Origin: a virus
Virus record (IMG/VR): IMGVR_UViG_3300025598_000021
Strand: one strand, 5' to 3'
DNA length: 64,000 nucleotides
Shown: in pieces, positions 27,681 to 36,147 of the stretch
How the letters are laid out: every line of letters starts with the position of its first letter
Position numbering within the stretch: position 1 is the first letter of the stretch
Translations under genes and position numbers: made by a program
Notes under the pieces: model-generated
The model's database searches: none
The model's input: only the letters and a program-made list of their open reading frames with translations
Told to the model about the DNA's origin: nothing

Positions 27681-29255
27681 TTGGCAACGACTTATCAGAA
27701 AATCTCGGGTTTAACCACCGCTTCTGGCGCGGGTGCGAACGATAGATTCGTAATCCTAACCAATGCCACGTCTACGCCTCTCCTGCAGACGATATCCTAC
27801 CCTGTAGTTCTTACTACAATATCTGGCAGCTTCGTCAACACGACGTCTCCTATTATCTCCAATTCTATTACCGTAAATACTTACTTCGCGGCTAATACCT
27901 CAGGCACATACACGGTAAACGCCTACGCCAATAACCTGACGGTAAACACCGCAAACGTCAACGTCAAGCTACAGGTCGGCAACGCTGCCGTAGGATTCGC
28001 GTTCGGCGCCGCGGCTTTGGTTCAGGTAGACGGCAACCAGAATACGTATGTACAGACTATCCTACAGAACGCTAACTCCGGCACAAACGCTACTACCGAT
28101 CTAATACTCACGGCCGATACTGGCACAGACTCTATAAACTATCTAGACATCGGCATCAACAGTTCTACTTATTCTAATACGCAGTATACCATCGGCAGCC
28201 CACTAGACGGCTACATATACGCTAGTAACTCTAATCTAACGATAGGCACCGCCACGGCGAATGAGCTAGTATTTCACGCTAACGGTACCACGAGCTCAGA
28301 TAGAAAATTAACCGTAAACGCCACTTCAGTATACGTATCAAATAACGTAAGCTTTATATCAAATTCCGGAACGTTCTATGGAGCGGTGACTGTAGGAACG
28401 AACCTAACGGTCAATGGAAACTTCTCAGTAACTGGCAACGTAACGTTCGCCGGTAACACCACGTTTATTAACGCCACCGTCATAACCACTAACGACAAGA
28501 ACTTCATACTAGCAAACAATGCCGCCACTGCTCTAGCGGCTGACGGTGCAGGTATCATCATTGGATCTTATGCCAACCTCGTATATGACAACGTAACAAA
28601 CTCTTGGCAGTCCAACGTAGGTATCACGCCTCTCACTAATAACTTAAATCTCGGCAATACCAGTCTAGTATGGAATATATTCTCTAATAATATCACAGCT
28701 GCAAACGTTCTAGTCGGCACTACTTCGGGCTTCACTAGAGCTAACTCTTCAGCGGTCTCAGTAGGTAACTCTACGGTAAACACCACCATCACGTCTACGA
28801 CTGTCACAATAGCAGCAAACAATCTAGGTGGATTCTACGTCGGTAACACCGTCAGTAACTCGTACGTAAACGCTACTGGATTCTTTACCACCGGTAAGAT
28901 CGGCGTCTCTAACGCTGCTTCTTCTGACACGATCAGAGTCGAGGGAACGATCAGCGCTCTAGCGTCACTCGCGGTCAGCAACTCGTCCGGCGTCATTACT
29001 CTCGCTAATACGTCTGGTCTCTTTATAAATAATGCATCTGGTTCAATAAACGTTGGTAACTCAACGGTAAATACATTTTCAAATTCTACTTACTTATTCT
29101 CAGGTAACTCGACATTCTACGGATTTGTCAATTCAACTGCAGAAGCTATAGTGAGTCCTACCAGTAATACGATAATTACCGCAAACGGAATAACCACAAA
29201 CGGAATACCGTATCCTACTGTAGTAACAATGTTAACTTATAATCTAGCCTTCTAA
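27681..29255 (+). CDS. tail fibre protein (TTG start)
   Basis: KISGLT N-terminal motif, beta-repeat N/T/S-rich body, C-terminal VTMLTYNLAF; late promoter at 27645. Confidence 0.7.
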   Translation: MATTYQKISGLTTASGAGANDRFVILTNATSTPLLQTISYPVVLTTISGSFVNTTSPIISNSITVNTYFAANTSGTYTVNAYANNLTVNTANVNVKLQVGNAAVGFAFGAAALVQVDGNQNTYVQTILQNANSGTNATTDLILTADTGTDSINYLDIGINSSTYSNTQYTIGSPLDGYIYASNSNLTIGTATANELVFHANGTTSSDRKLTVNATSVYVSNNVSFISNSGTFYGAVTVGTNLTVNGNFSVTGNVTFAGNTTFINATVITTNDKNFILANNAATALAADGAGIIIGSYANLVYDNVTNSWQSNVGITPLTNNLNLGNTSLVWNIFSNNITAANVLVGTTSGFTRANSSAVSVGNSTVNTTITSTTVTIAANNLGGFYVGNTVSNSYVNATGFFTTGKIGVSNAASSDTIRVEGTISALASLAVSNSSGVITLANTSGLFINNASGSINVGNSTVNTFSNSTYLFSGNSTFYGFVNSTAEAIVSPTSNTIITANGITTNGIPYPTVVTMLTYNLAF

Positions 29256-29266
29256 GGACTTGAACA

Positions 29267-29740
29267 ATGTCAAAACAATTAGTATCTAAATACGTAGCGG
29301 CGTTCAATCCAACAGCCCAGACTTTGGATTTTACTTCGATACCAAACTTTACTATCAGTAAGCTATACGCTGTCATCAACGTCACTAGAGGCACTCCGAT
29401 CTACGTCGCCGGCGCCCCTGGTCTTGGCGCCTCTGTCAGCGCGACCAGTCCTAACGTTATCAGTCTGACGTATAACACATCGACTCATGCGGCTTCTGAT
29501 ATACTAAATATCTACTACGATACTGCAGCCGGTGTTGAGAGTAATACGGTTGCGGAAACCGGCGGTCAGCTCGAGCTGATGCAGGAAAAGATGGATCAGA
29601 TACTTTCAGAACTTAAAGTAATGACCGAAGTGCTGATCCAAGGGTTTAACGGGTTTCCTCTTTCACAAGAAGATTCTCGCTCACTTCGCAATGATATAAA
29701 TAATCCATCGAATGTCGATAACATTGAAAATACTCAATAA
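29267..29740 (+). CDS. virion structural protein, paralog of the 11118 N-terminal domain
   Basis: FNP..QTLDF...LYAVINVTR..PIY...L.YNT......D.L.IYYD. Confidence 0.55.
   Translation: MSKQLVSKYVAAFNPTAQTLDFTSIPNFTISKLYAVINVTRGTPIYVAGAPGLGASVSATSPNVISLTYNTSTHAASDILNIYYDTAAGVESNTVAETGGQLELMQEKMDQILSELKVMTEVLIQGFNGFPLSQEDSRSLRNDINNPSNVDNIENTQ
29695..29702 (+). promoter_or_regulatory. T4-type late promoter
   Basis: TATAAATA before the 29754 ORF. Confidence 0.65.
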
Positions 29741-29753
29741 AGGAGAGTAAAAT

Positions 29754-30398
29754 ATGCTTATTCAAGGTCAGGTTGGTCAACCATCCGTTTCGTCTATTCA
29801 GGCCGGCGCTACGCCAGCCATTCGCCAGGGCCAACTTGGCGATGTGATCGTATCAGAACTCCATGGTCGTTATTACGAGTCCACTTATCGTAGAAATATG
29901 TACTCAGCTGTTCTTAACGCTGGTACTACTACTTCTGCCGGTCTCGCTACCACGTTCACTGGTCTTCTCCTCTTTAACCCACAGAACTCGACTGTCAACG
30001 TCGCGATCAACAAGGTCGGCTTGTCATTCCTAGTTGCTTTCGGTGCTGGCTCGACTGTCGGTCTTATGTCCGGTGTCGCTCCTACCAACCCAGGTACGTC
30101 GACTTCTAACATCACTGTTAGAGCTAACTACGTTGGTCTACCAAACGGTTCCGGTCAGGCTCTTGCCTACTCGACTGCTACCCTAACTGCAACTGGCGCG
30201 ACTCCTGTCCTCCATTCAGTATTCGGTGCTGGTCTAACTGGCGCAATCACTACTGTTCCACAGGTTCCTGGCTTCTTCTTCGACTACGAAGGCTCATTGA
30301 TCCTTCCACCAGGCACCTACATCGCTACTTACACTTCAACTGCTTCCGGTACGTCTTCATTGATCGCATCGTTCCAGTACGAAGAAATTCCTCTCTAA
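29754..30398 (+). CDS. virion structural protein (putatively abundant)
   Basis: Strong RBS AAGGAG, late promoter at 29695, codon usage resembling capsid genes, downstream hairpin. Confidence 0.5.
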   Translation: MLIQGQVGQPSVSSIQAGATPAIRQGQLGDVIVSELHGRYYESTYRRNMYSAVLNAGTTTSAGLATTFTGLLLFNPQNSTVNVAINKVGLSFLVAFGAGSTVGLMSGVAPTNPGTSTSNITVRANYVGLPNGSGQALAYSTATLTATGATPVLHSVFGAGLTGAITTVPQVPGFFFDYEGSLILPPGTYIATYTSTASGTSSLIASFQYEEIPL

Positions 30399-30420
30399 GC
30401 AATTAGAGTAATTAAGATCT

Positions 30421-30442
30421 GGGTTGTCCTACGGGACAACCC
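30421..30442 (+). terminator. stable hairpin with C(UACG)G tetraloop; terminator or processing/stability element
   Basis: gggttgtcc-tacg-ggacaaccc, 9-bp perfect stem; weak U-tract. Confidence 0.55.
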
Positions 30443-30468
30443 TCTACTGTCAAAAGGGAGAGTGAACT

Positions 30469-31614
30469 TTGGCAACAAACACAGCGTTCGTAATCAAGAA
30501 CGGTCTAATAGTAAATACAAATGTCCTGTTTGCAAATGCCGGTCAAGTCGGCATCAACACGACTAGCCCATCATCAAATCTTACAGTAGTTGGTACTACC
30601 AACATCACCGGAAACACGTCACTGGGTGGTACACTTACTGTTACAGGTATAGCGACATTCGCTAACCAGCTCTCATTCTCAGGAAACGGTACATTTAGCA
30701 ACTCACTCTCAGTGACGGGCAATGCTACGTTCTCCAATCTAGTGACCATTGGAGGAAGTTTATCAGTAACTGGTAACTCTACTTTCTCAAATACTATATC
30801 AGTCACTGGTAACGCTACGTTCTCAAACTTAGTTACTATATCTGGTGGTCTTTCGGTAACTGGTCAGTCTACGTTCTCAAACACGATGACTATCACCGGT
30901 GCGGTAAACGCCGTATCTATCTCGATCGGCTCTAACACCTCTACGTCAAACTCAATTATCGCGTTTACTAACACCGGATATGCTATCAGCGGGTATTCAA
31001 ACTCGTCTGCCGGCATCTACGGCATATCCACATCAAATACCGGCGTCTATGGATTTTCAAACAACGCTACCGGTATTTCTGGACAGTCTAATTCTTCATA
31101 CGCTGGCTACTTCACTTCTAACACAGGCGCTCCACTATACGTAGGTAATAACAGCGCTGCGTTCTTAACAGTGTACGCTAATGGGTTGTCTGTTCCAATA
31201 CTGATGACAGTATCAGGTAACACACAGATACAGTCTCTCGGTGTCGGCACACCGGCGTCAGGAACCACAGGTGAGATTAGAGCCAACAACAACATCACAG
31301 CATACTATTCATCAGATCAGTCGCTAAAGACTAACGTTAAGAATATATCTAACGCTCTAGACAAGCTCAACATGATCAACGGCGTAGAGTTTGACTGGAC
31401 AGACGAGTGGATCGACGAGCACGGCGGTGAAGACGGCTACTTCGTTCGCAGACACGACGTCGGCGTAATCGCACAGCAGATCGAAAAGGTATTGCCAGAA
31501 GTCGTAGCTACTAGAGAAGACGGTATCAAGGCTGTCAAATATGATAGAATCGTTCCTCTACTAATAGAAGCTATTAAAGAGCTGTCAGGTAAGATTGAGA
31601 AACTAGATAAATGA
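30469..31614 (+). CDS. tail fibre with peptidase S74 chaperone (TTG start)
   Basis: FVIKNGL N-terminus, tandem GN.TFSN....G.LSVT repeats, YYSSD..LK cleavage site, GVIAQ..E.VLPEVV, YDRIVPLLIEAIKEL. Confidence 0.85.
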   Translation: MATNTAFVIKNGLIVNTNVLFANAGQVGINTTSPSSNLTVVGTTNITGNTSLGGTLTVTGIATFANQLSFSGNGTFSNSLSVTGNATFSNLVTIGGSLSVTGNSTFSNTISVTGNATFSNLVTISGGLSVTGQSTFSNTMTITGAVNAVSISIGSNTSTSNSIIAFTNTGYAISGYSNSSAGIYGISTSNTGVYGFSNNATGISGQSNSSYAGYFTSNTGAPLYVGNNSAAFLTVYANGLSVPILMTVSGNTQIQSLGVGTPASGTTGEIRANNNITAYYSSDQSLKTNVKNISNALDKLNMINGVEFDWTDEWIDEHGGEDGYFVRRHDVGVIAQQIEKVLPEVVATREDGIKAVKYDRIVPLLIEAIKELSGKIEKLDK

Positions 31615-31661
31615 GACTCTGCCGTCAGATAAATAGATAGTATAATAAGCGGAGAGTTTAA

Positions 31662-32402
31662 ATGGCAATACCAGTAGATAGAGCGACGTTCACAGAGTAC
31701 TGTCTCAGACGTCTCGGAAAACCATTAAACGAGATAAACATAGACGACGATCAGCTACAAGATCGCGTCGATGACGCTCTCCAGTATTTCTGGGACTATC
31801 ACTTCTCCGGCTCAGAAAAGACGTACTACAAGTATCAGATTCAGCCGGCTGACAAGGTGAACAAGTACATCACTCTACCAGACAACATCGTCGGCGTAGT
31901 GAACATGTTTCCTGTTGGTCAGGCTCTCAACACGAACAATCTCTTCAACATCAGATATCAGATCGCTCTTAACGACCTATACACGCTCACTTCGGTGTCT
32001 ATGGTTCCTTACTATATGGCGCTGCAACACGTTCAGTTCTTAGAGCAGATGCTGGTCGGTCAGCAGCCGCTCAGATACAATCGATACATCAACCGCTGCT
32101 ACATCGACATGGACTGGTCTATAGTCAACGCAGGCGACTACATCATCCTTGAAGCTTATCAGGTAGTAGATCCAGTCATATACACTAAGGTGTGGACAGA
32201 TCGCTGGCTACAGAGATACGCGACTTGCCTGATTAAACAGCAGTATGGTACCAATCTCAAGAAGTACGGGTCGATGCCGCTTCCTGGTGGACTCGTGTTT
32301 AACGGTCAGAAGATATACGACGAGGCTACGGAAGAGCGCAAAGAACTAGAAGACGAGATGATCAATTCGTATTCACTTCCCGTTACGGACATGATCGGTT
32401 GA
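31662..32402 (+). CDS. gp13: neck protein gp13
   Basis: YCLRRLGKP..EINID.DQ..DR.DDALQ.F..YH; IKQQYG.NL.KY...LPGG..FNG; synteny. Confidence 0.92.
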   Translation: MAIPVDRATFTEYCLRRLGKPLNEINIDDDQLQDRVDDALQYFWDYHFSGSEKTYYKYQIQPADKVNKYITLPDNIVGVVNMFPVGQALNTNNLFNIRYQIALNDLYTLTSVSMVPYYMALQHVQFLEQMLVGQQPLRYNRYINRCYIDMDWSIVNAGDYIILEAYQVVDPVIYTKVWTDRWLQRYATCLIKQQYGTNLKKYGSMPLPGGLVFNGQKIYDEATEERKELEDEMINSYSLPVTDMIG

Positions 32403-32406
32403 TCTG

Positions 32407-33132
32407 ATGCCAGGAACGTCAGTATTCTTCAACAACTTTGGGGCATCTGCAGAGCAGGAAATGCTCACAGATCTTATCATAGAAGCGATAAGCATCTATG
32501 GTCAAGACATGTACTACATCCCACGTCAGTTGAACAACTACGACAACGTCTATGGAGCGGACGACCAGAGCAGCTACACGTATGCAGTACTAGTTCCAAT
32601 CTACATCGAGTCGTTTGATGGGTTCGGCGGTGACGGTAACTTCATGTCAAAGTTCGGCGTTGAGATTCGCGATCAGGTAACGTTCACGATAGCGCAGAGA
32701 ATATTCGATCAAGAAGTAAGTGTCAACACGACACAGCCTAGACCGAACGAAGGCGATCTCATATACTTTCCATTAAACAATAAGTGTTTTCAGATCAAGT
32801 ATGTAGACAAGTTCCAGATGTTCTATCCATTGGGATCTCTATATACTTGGAAGATGACGTGCGAGCTCTTCGAATACTCTAACGAGAGAATAAGCACAGG
32901 CATTCCACAGATAGATGCGCTGCAGAAGAAATTTGATATTAACGTTATAGACTGGACGATTAAAGACACTAGAGGCAATATACTTCTAACTGAAGATGGC
33001 GATTACATAGTATTAGAAAATTCAAGCACGAGCGATCTGGTACCAGGCGATGACGCCAATGAGATTCAGAAAGAATCAAACACGTTTGTTGACTTCTCAA
33101 TAACTGATCCATTCAGCTTGGGCAACATATAA
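32407..33132 (+). CDS. gp14: neck protein gp14
   Basis: EQ....DL..E.I..YG.D.YYIPR; SKFG.EIRD; RPNEGDLIYFP; CELFEYS.E. Confidence 0.92.
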   Translation: MPGTSVFFNNFGASAEQEMLTDLIIEAISIYGQDMYYIPRQLNNYDNVYGADDQSSYTYAVLVPIYIESFDGFGGDGNFMSKFGVEIRDQVTFTIAQRIFDQEVSVNTTQPRPNEGDLIYFPLNNKCFQIKYVDKFQMFYPLGSLYTWKMTCELFEYSNERISTGIPQIDALQKKFDINVIDWTIKDTRGNILLTEDGDYIVLENSSTSDLVPGDDANEIQKESNTFVDFSITDPFSLGNI

Positions 33133-33135
33133 ATA
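33128..33135 (+). promoter_or_regulatory. T4-type late promoter (gp15)
   Basis: TATAAATA overlapping the gp14 stop codon. Confidence 0.75.
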
Positions 33136-33170
33136 TCTCTTTAACATAAAGATAAAGTGGAGTATACCGC

Positions 33171-34022
33171 TTGTTCGGCCAGACATTCTATTTCAGCTCC
33201 ATACGCAAGTATGTCATTCTTGTCGGTACGCTATTCAACGATATTCGCGTAGTAAAGACAGATCCAAAATCCAACAATGAGATCTCTCTAGTTCGCGTTC
33301 CAATCACGTACGCGCCAAAAGACAAGATGCTCGCACGCGTGTTTCAGGACCCGAACATCGATCGTCCTTCTGCTACGATGCCTCTTCCTATGATCTCCTT
33401 TGAGATGGGTAAGATGACGTATGACGGTACTAGAAAATTGCATACTACCGGCAGGACGGCCGTGCAGAGCAACACAAATCCTAGTAACTTCAACTATCAA
33501 TATAATCCAGTACCGTATAACATAGACTTTAAAGTCCACGTATATACTAAGAACGTCGAAGACGGCACTAAGATCGTAGAGCAGATACTCCCATTCTTCA
33601 CTCCTGACTGGACTACTAGAGTAAATCTAATTCCAGAGATGAACATCATCATGGATATTCCTGTCGTTCTTAACAACATAGAATATGCTGACAACTACGA
33701 GGGTGAGTTTAAAGACAGAAGAGAGATAGTGTGGACGATGGACTTAACCGTGAAGGGTTATCTATACGGTCCTGTTAAGACTTCTGGAATCATTAAGTTC
33801 GTCAACGTCGATTTCTACATACCTGAAGTTCCAGACGGACAGCTCGCCTCAGCAGTCGGAAACACTAGCATAGACTACAAGTTTACTGTTCAACCCGGTC
33901 TGACTGCCAACGGTCAACCTACTTCTAATGCTCAACAGACTATACCATATCAACAGATTCAAGCCTCAGACGACTATGGATTTATTACACAGATTTATGA
34001 TATAGCAACACATGGTGAATAA
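33171..34022 (+). CDS. gp15: tail sheath stabilizer/completion protein gp15
   Basis: FY..SIRKY....GTLFNDI; VPI.YAPK.K; PVPY; I.EQILPFF.P. Confidence 0.92.
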   Translation: MFGQTFYFSSIRKYVILVGTLFNDIRVVKTDPKSNNEISLVRVPITYAPKDKMLARVFQDPNIDRPSATMPLPMISFEMGKMTYDGTRKLHTTGRTAVQSNTNPSNFNYQYNPVPYNIDFKVHVYTKNVEDGTKIVEQILPFFTPDWTTRVNLIPEMNIIMDIPVVLNNIEYADNYEGEFKDRREIVWTMDLTVKGYLYGPVKTSGIIKFVNVDFYIPEVPDGQLASAVGNTSIDYKFTVQPGLTANGQPTSNAQQTIPYQQIQASDDYGFITQIYDIATHGE

Positions 34023-34445
34023 ATGGATGATGATAATGATCCTATTGGTAAGGCCTTAGGTATTAATCTAAGTCCAATAGAGAATAAGATTGACGTTATA
34101 GACAAGATGATAGTCGATAGTCATAACGACTCAGCCTCCAAAGACTTTGAGACCGCTCGCGCCAACCTTCATGAGATGATTCAAGACGGTAAAGACGCCA
34201 TGTTCAAGCTAGCTGAAATAGCTGCGTCGAGTCAGCACCCGCGGGCGTTCGAGGTGTATGCTAAACTCATGGACACGCTGATAAGCGCCAATGAAAAGCT
34301 ATTAGATTTTCAGACAAAGATACGGGACATTCAGCACGCAGAATCTCCGATGAACGAGCAAGCGAAGAACGTGACTAATAACCTTTTTGTCGGTTCGACC
34401 GCCGAGCTGCAGAAGGTATTAAAAGAGATGAAGAAAGATGAATGA
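34023..34445 (+). CDS. gp16: terminase small subunit gp16
   Basis: DFE.AR.NL; HPRAFEV; NNLFVGSTAELQK. Confidence 0.92.
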   Translation: MDDDNDPIGKALGINLSPIENKIDVIDKMIVDSHNDSASKDFETARANLHEMIQDGKDAMFKLAEIAASSQHPRAFEVYAKLMDTLISANEKLLDFQTKIRDIQHAESPMNEQAKNVTNNLFVGSTAELQKVLKEMKKDE

Positions 34446-36078
34446 TAAACCAATCGGCGGCTATAAGGGTAACGTACTCCTTAAGAAGTCTAATCAAAAC
34501 ATAGAGTGGACGCCAGAACTAGTTCAAGAGTATGTGAAGTGTCAAGAAGATCCAGTATACTTCACAGAGAACTATATGAAGATCATCACGCTCAACGATG
34601 GTCTTAAGAACTTTAATCTATATCCATATCAGAAGAATATGGTTAGGTCGTTTGAGGACAACAGGTACACGATCGTCACCACGGCCCGTCAGGCTGGTAA
34701 GTCTACCACTACATGCGCCTTCATCCTCTGGTACATTATATTTCACGCAGATAAGACCGTCGCGCTTCTAGCCAACAAGGGCGATACCGCCAGAGAAATT
34801 CTATCGCGCGTCCAGCTCGCGTATCAACATCTTCCTAAATGGTTGCAGCAGGGTGTATTAGAATGGAACAAGGGCTCGTTCGTTCTAGAAAACAACTCGC
34901 GTGTTCTTGCGGCCGCGACGTCCGCATCGGCAATTCGCGGTTATACCATCAACCTACTGTTCATCGACGAGGCCGCGCACATCGAGAACTGGGACGAGTT
35001 CTTCACGTCGGTCTATCCTACTATTTCGTCTGGTCAAGACTCTAAGATCATCCTTGTCTCTACGCCAAACGGTCTAAACCACTTCTATTCTACGTGGGTA
35101 AACGCTCTAGAGAAAAGAAACGGCTATGAGGCTATACTCGTAAACTGGAAAGAAGTACCAGGCAGGGACGAGAAGTGGAAGCAAGACACTCTAGCCGGTA
35201 TGAACTTTGACGTTGAGAAGTTCAATCAGGAAATGGAGTGCGAATTCTTAGGTTCGTCCGGTACTCTTATCTCCGGTTGGAAGCTAAAGGAGCTCGTCCA
35301 TCAGGCTCCTATGATCGAGAAAGAAGGTCTGATCCAGTATTTTCAACCGATCAAAGATCATATCTATATGGCGGTGTGCGACGTGTCTCGAGGCAAGGGT
35401 CTCGACTACTCTGCATTCCAGCTAGTAGACGTGACGAGCATGCCTTATCAACAGACGTGCGTCTATAGAAATAACTCAGTGACTCCTGTAGACTACGCCG
35501 AAGTCATTCACAGGGTGGCGAAGGCGTACAACAACGCTTCAGTTCTGGTAGAAGTAAACGACATCGGCGAGCAGGTGTCTCACTCGCTACACTACGACTT
35601 CGGCTATGAGCACGTGTTGTTCACAGAGAACGCTGGTCGATCAGGCAAGCGCATCACCGCTGGATTTGGTGGTGGCAGCGTTGACAAGGGCATTAGGACT
35701 ACTAAGGTCGTTAAGTCTGTTGGATGCTCTATACTAAAGCTACTGATTGAACAGAATCAGTTTGTCGTAAATGACTTTCATACCATCAACGAACTTTCTA
35801 CATTCTCTAAGAAGGGAAATTCATACGAGGCAGAACCTGGAAAACACGACGATCTTGTGATGTGCTTGGTGCTGTTCGCTTGGTTGTCTGAGCAGCAGTA
35901 CTTTAAAGATTATACGAATATAAATACCCTCCAATCACTCAGGGACAAGTCTGAAGAAGATATGGAGCAAGACATGGCGCCTTTCGGATTCATGGAAGAC
36001 GGCAGAGATACTATAGATGAAGAGTATGAGATATACAATCCTGACGCTTGGATGTGGTCTACACAGCCAGACTTTTGA
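34438..36078 (+). CDS. gp17: terminase large subunit gp17
   Basis: RQAGKST Walker A, LFIDEAAH Walker B, STPNG, DVSRG..LDYSAF, HDDLVM nuclease motifs. Confidence 0.97.
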   Translation: MNDKPIGGYKGNVLLKKSNQNIEWTPELVQEYVKCQEDPVYFTENYMKIITLNDGLKNFNLYPYQKNMVRSFEDNRYTIVTTARQAGKSTTTCAFILWYIIFHADKTVALLANKGDTAREILSRVQLAYQHLPKWLQQGVLEWNKGSFVLENNSRVLAAATSASAIRGYTINLLFIDEAAHIENWDEFFTSVYPTISSGQDSKIILVSTPNGLNHFYSTWVNALEKRNGYEAILVNWKEVPGRDEKWKQDTLAGMNFDVEKFNQEMECEFLGSSGTLISGWKLKELVHQAPMIEKEGLIQYFQPIKDHIYMAVCDVSRGKGLDYSAFQLVDVTSMPYQQTCVYRNNSVTPVDYAEVIHRVAKAYNNASVLVEVNDIGEQVSHSLHYDFGYEHVLFTENAGRSGKRITAGFGGGSVDKGIRTTKVVKSVGCSILKLLIEQNQFVVNDFHTINELSTFSKKGNSYEAEPGKHDDLVMCLVLFAWLSEQQYFKDYTNINTLQSLRDKSEEDMEQDMAPFGFMEDGRDTIDEEYEIYNPDAWMWSTQPDF

Positions 36079-36147
36079 GTAAAAGATGAGATTTGATAAA
36101 TAAATTTAAATTTGGATTATTAATTTCTTGTCTAAAAGGAGAAAATA

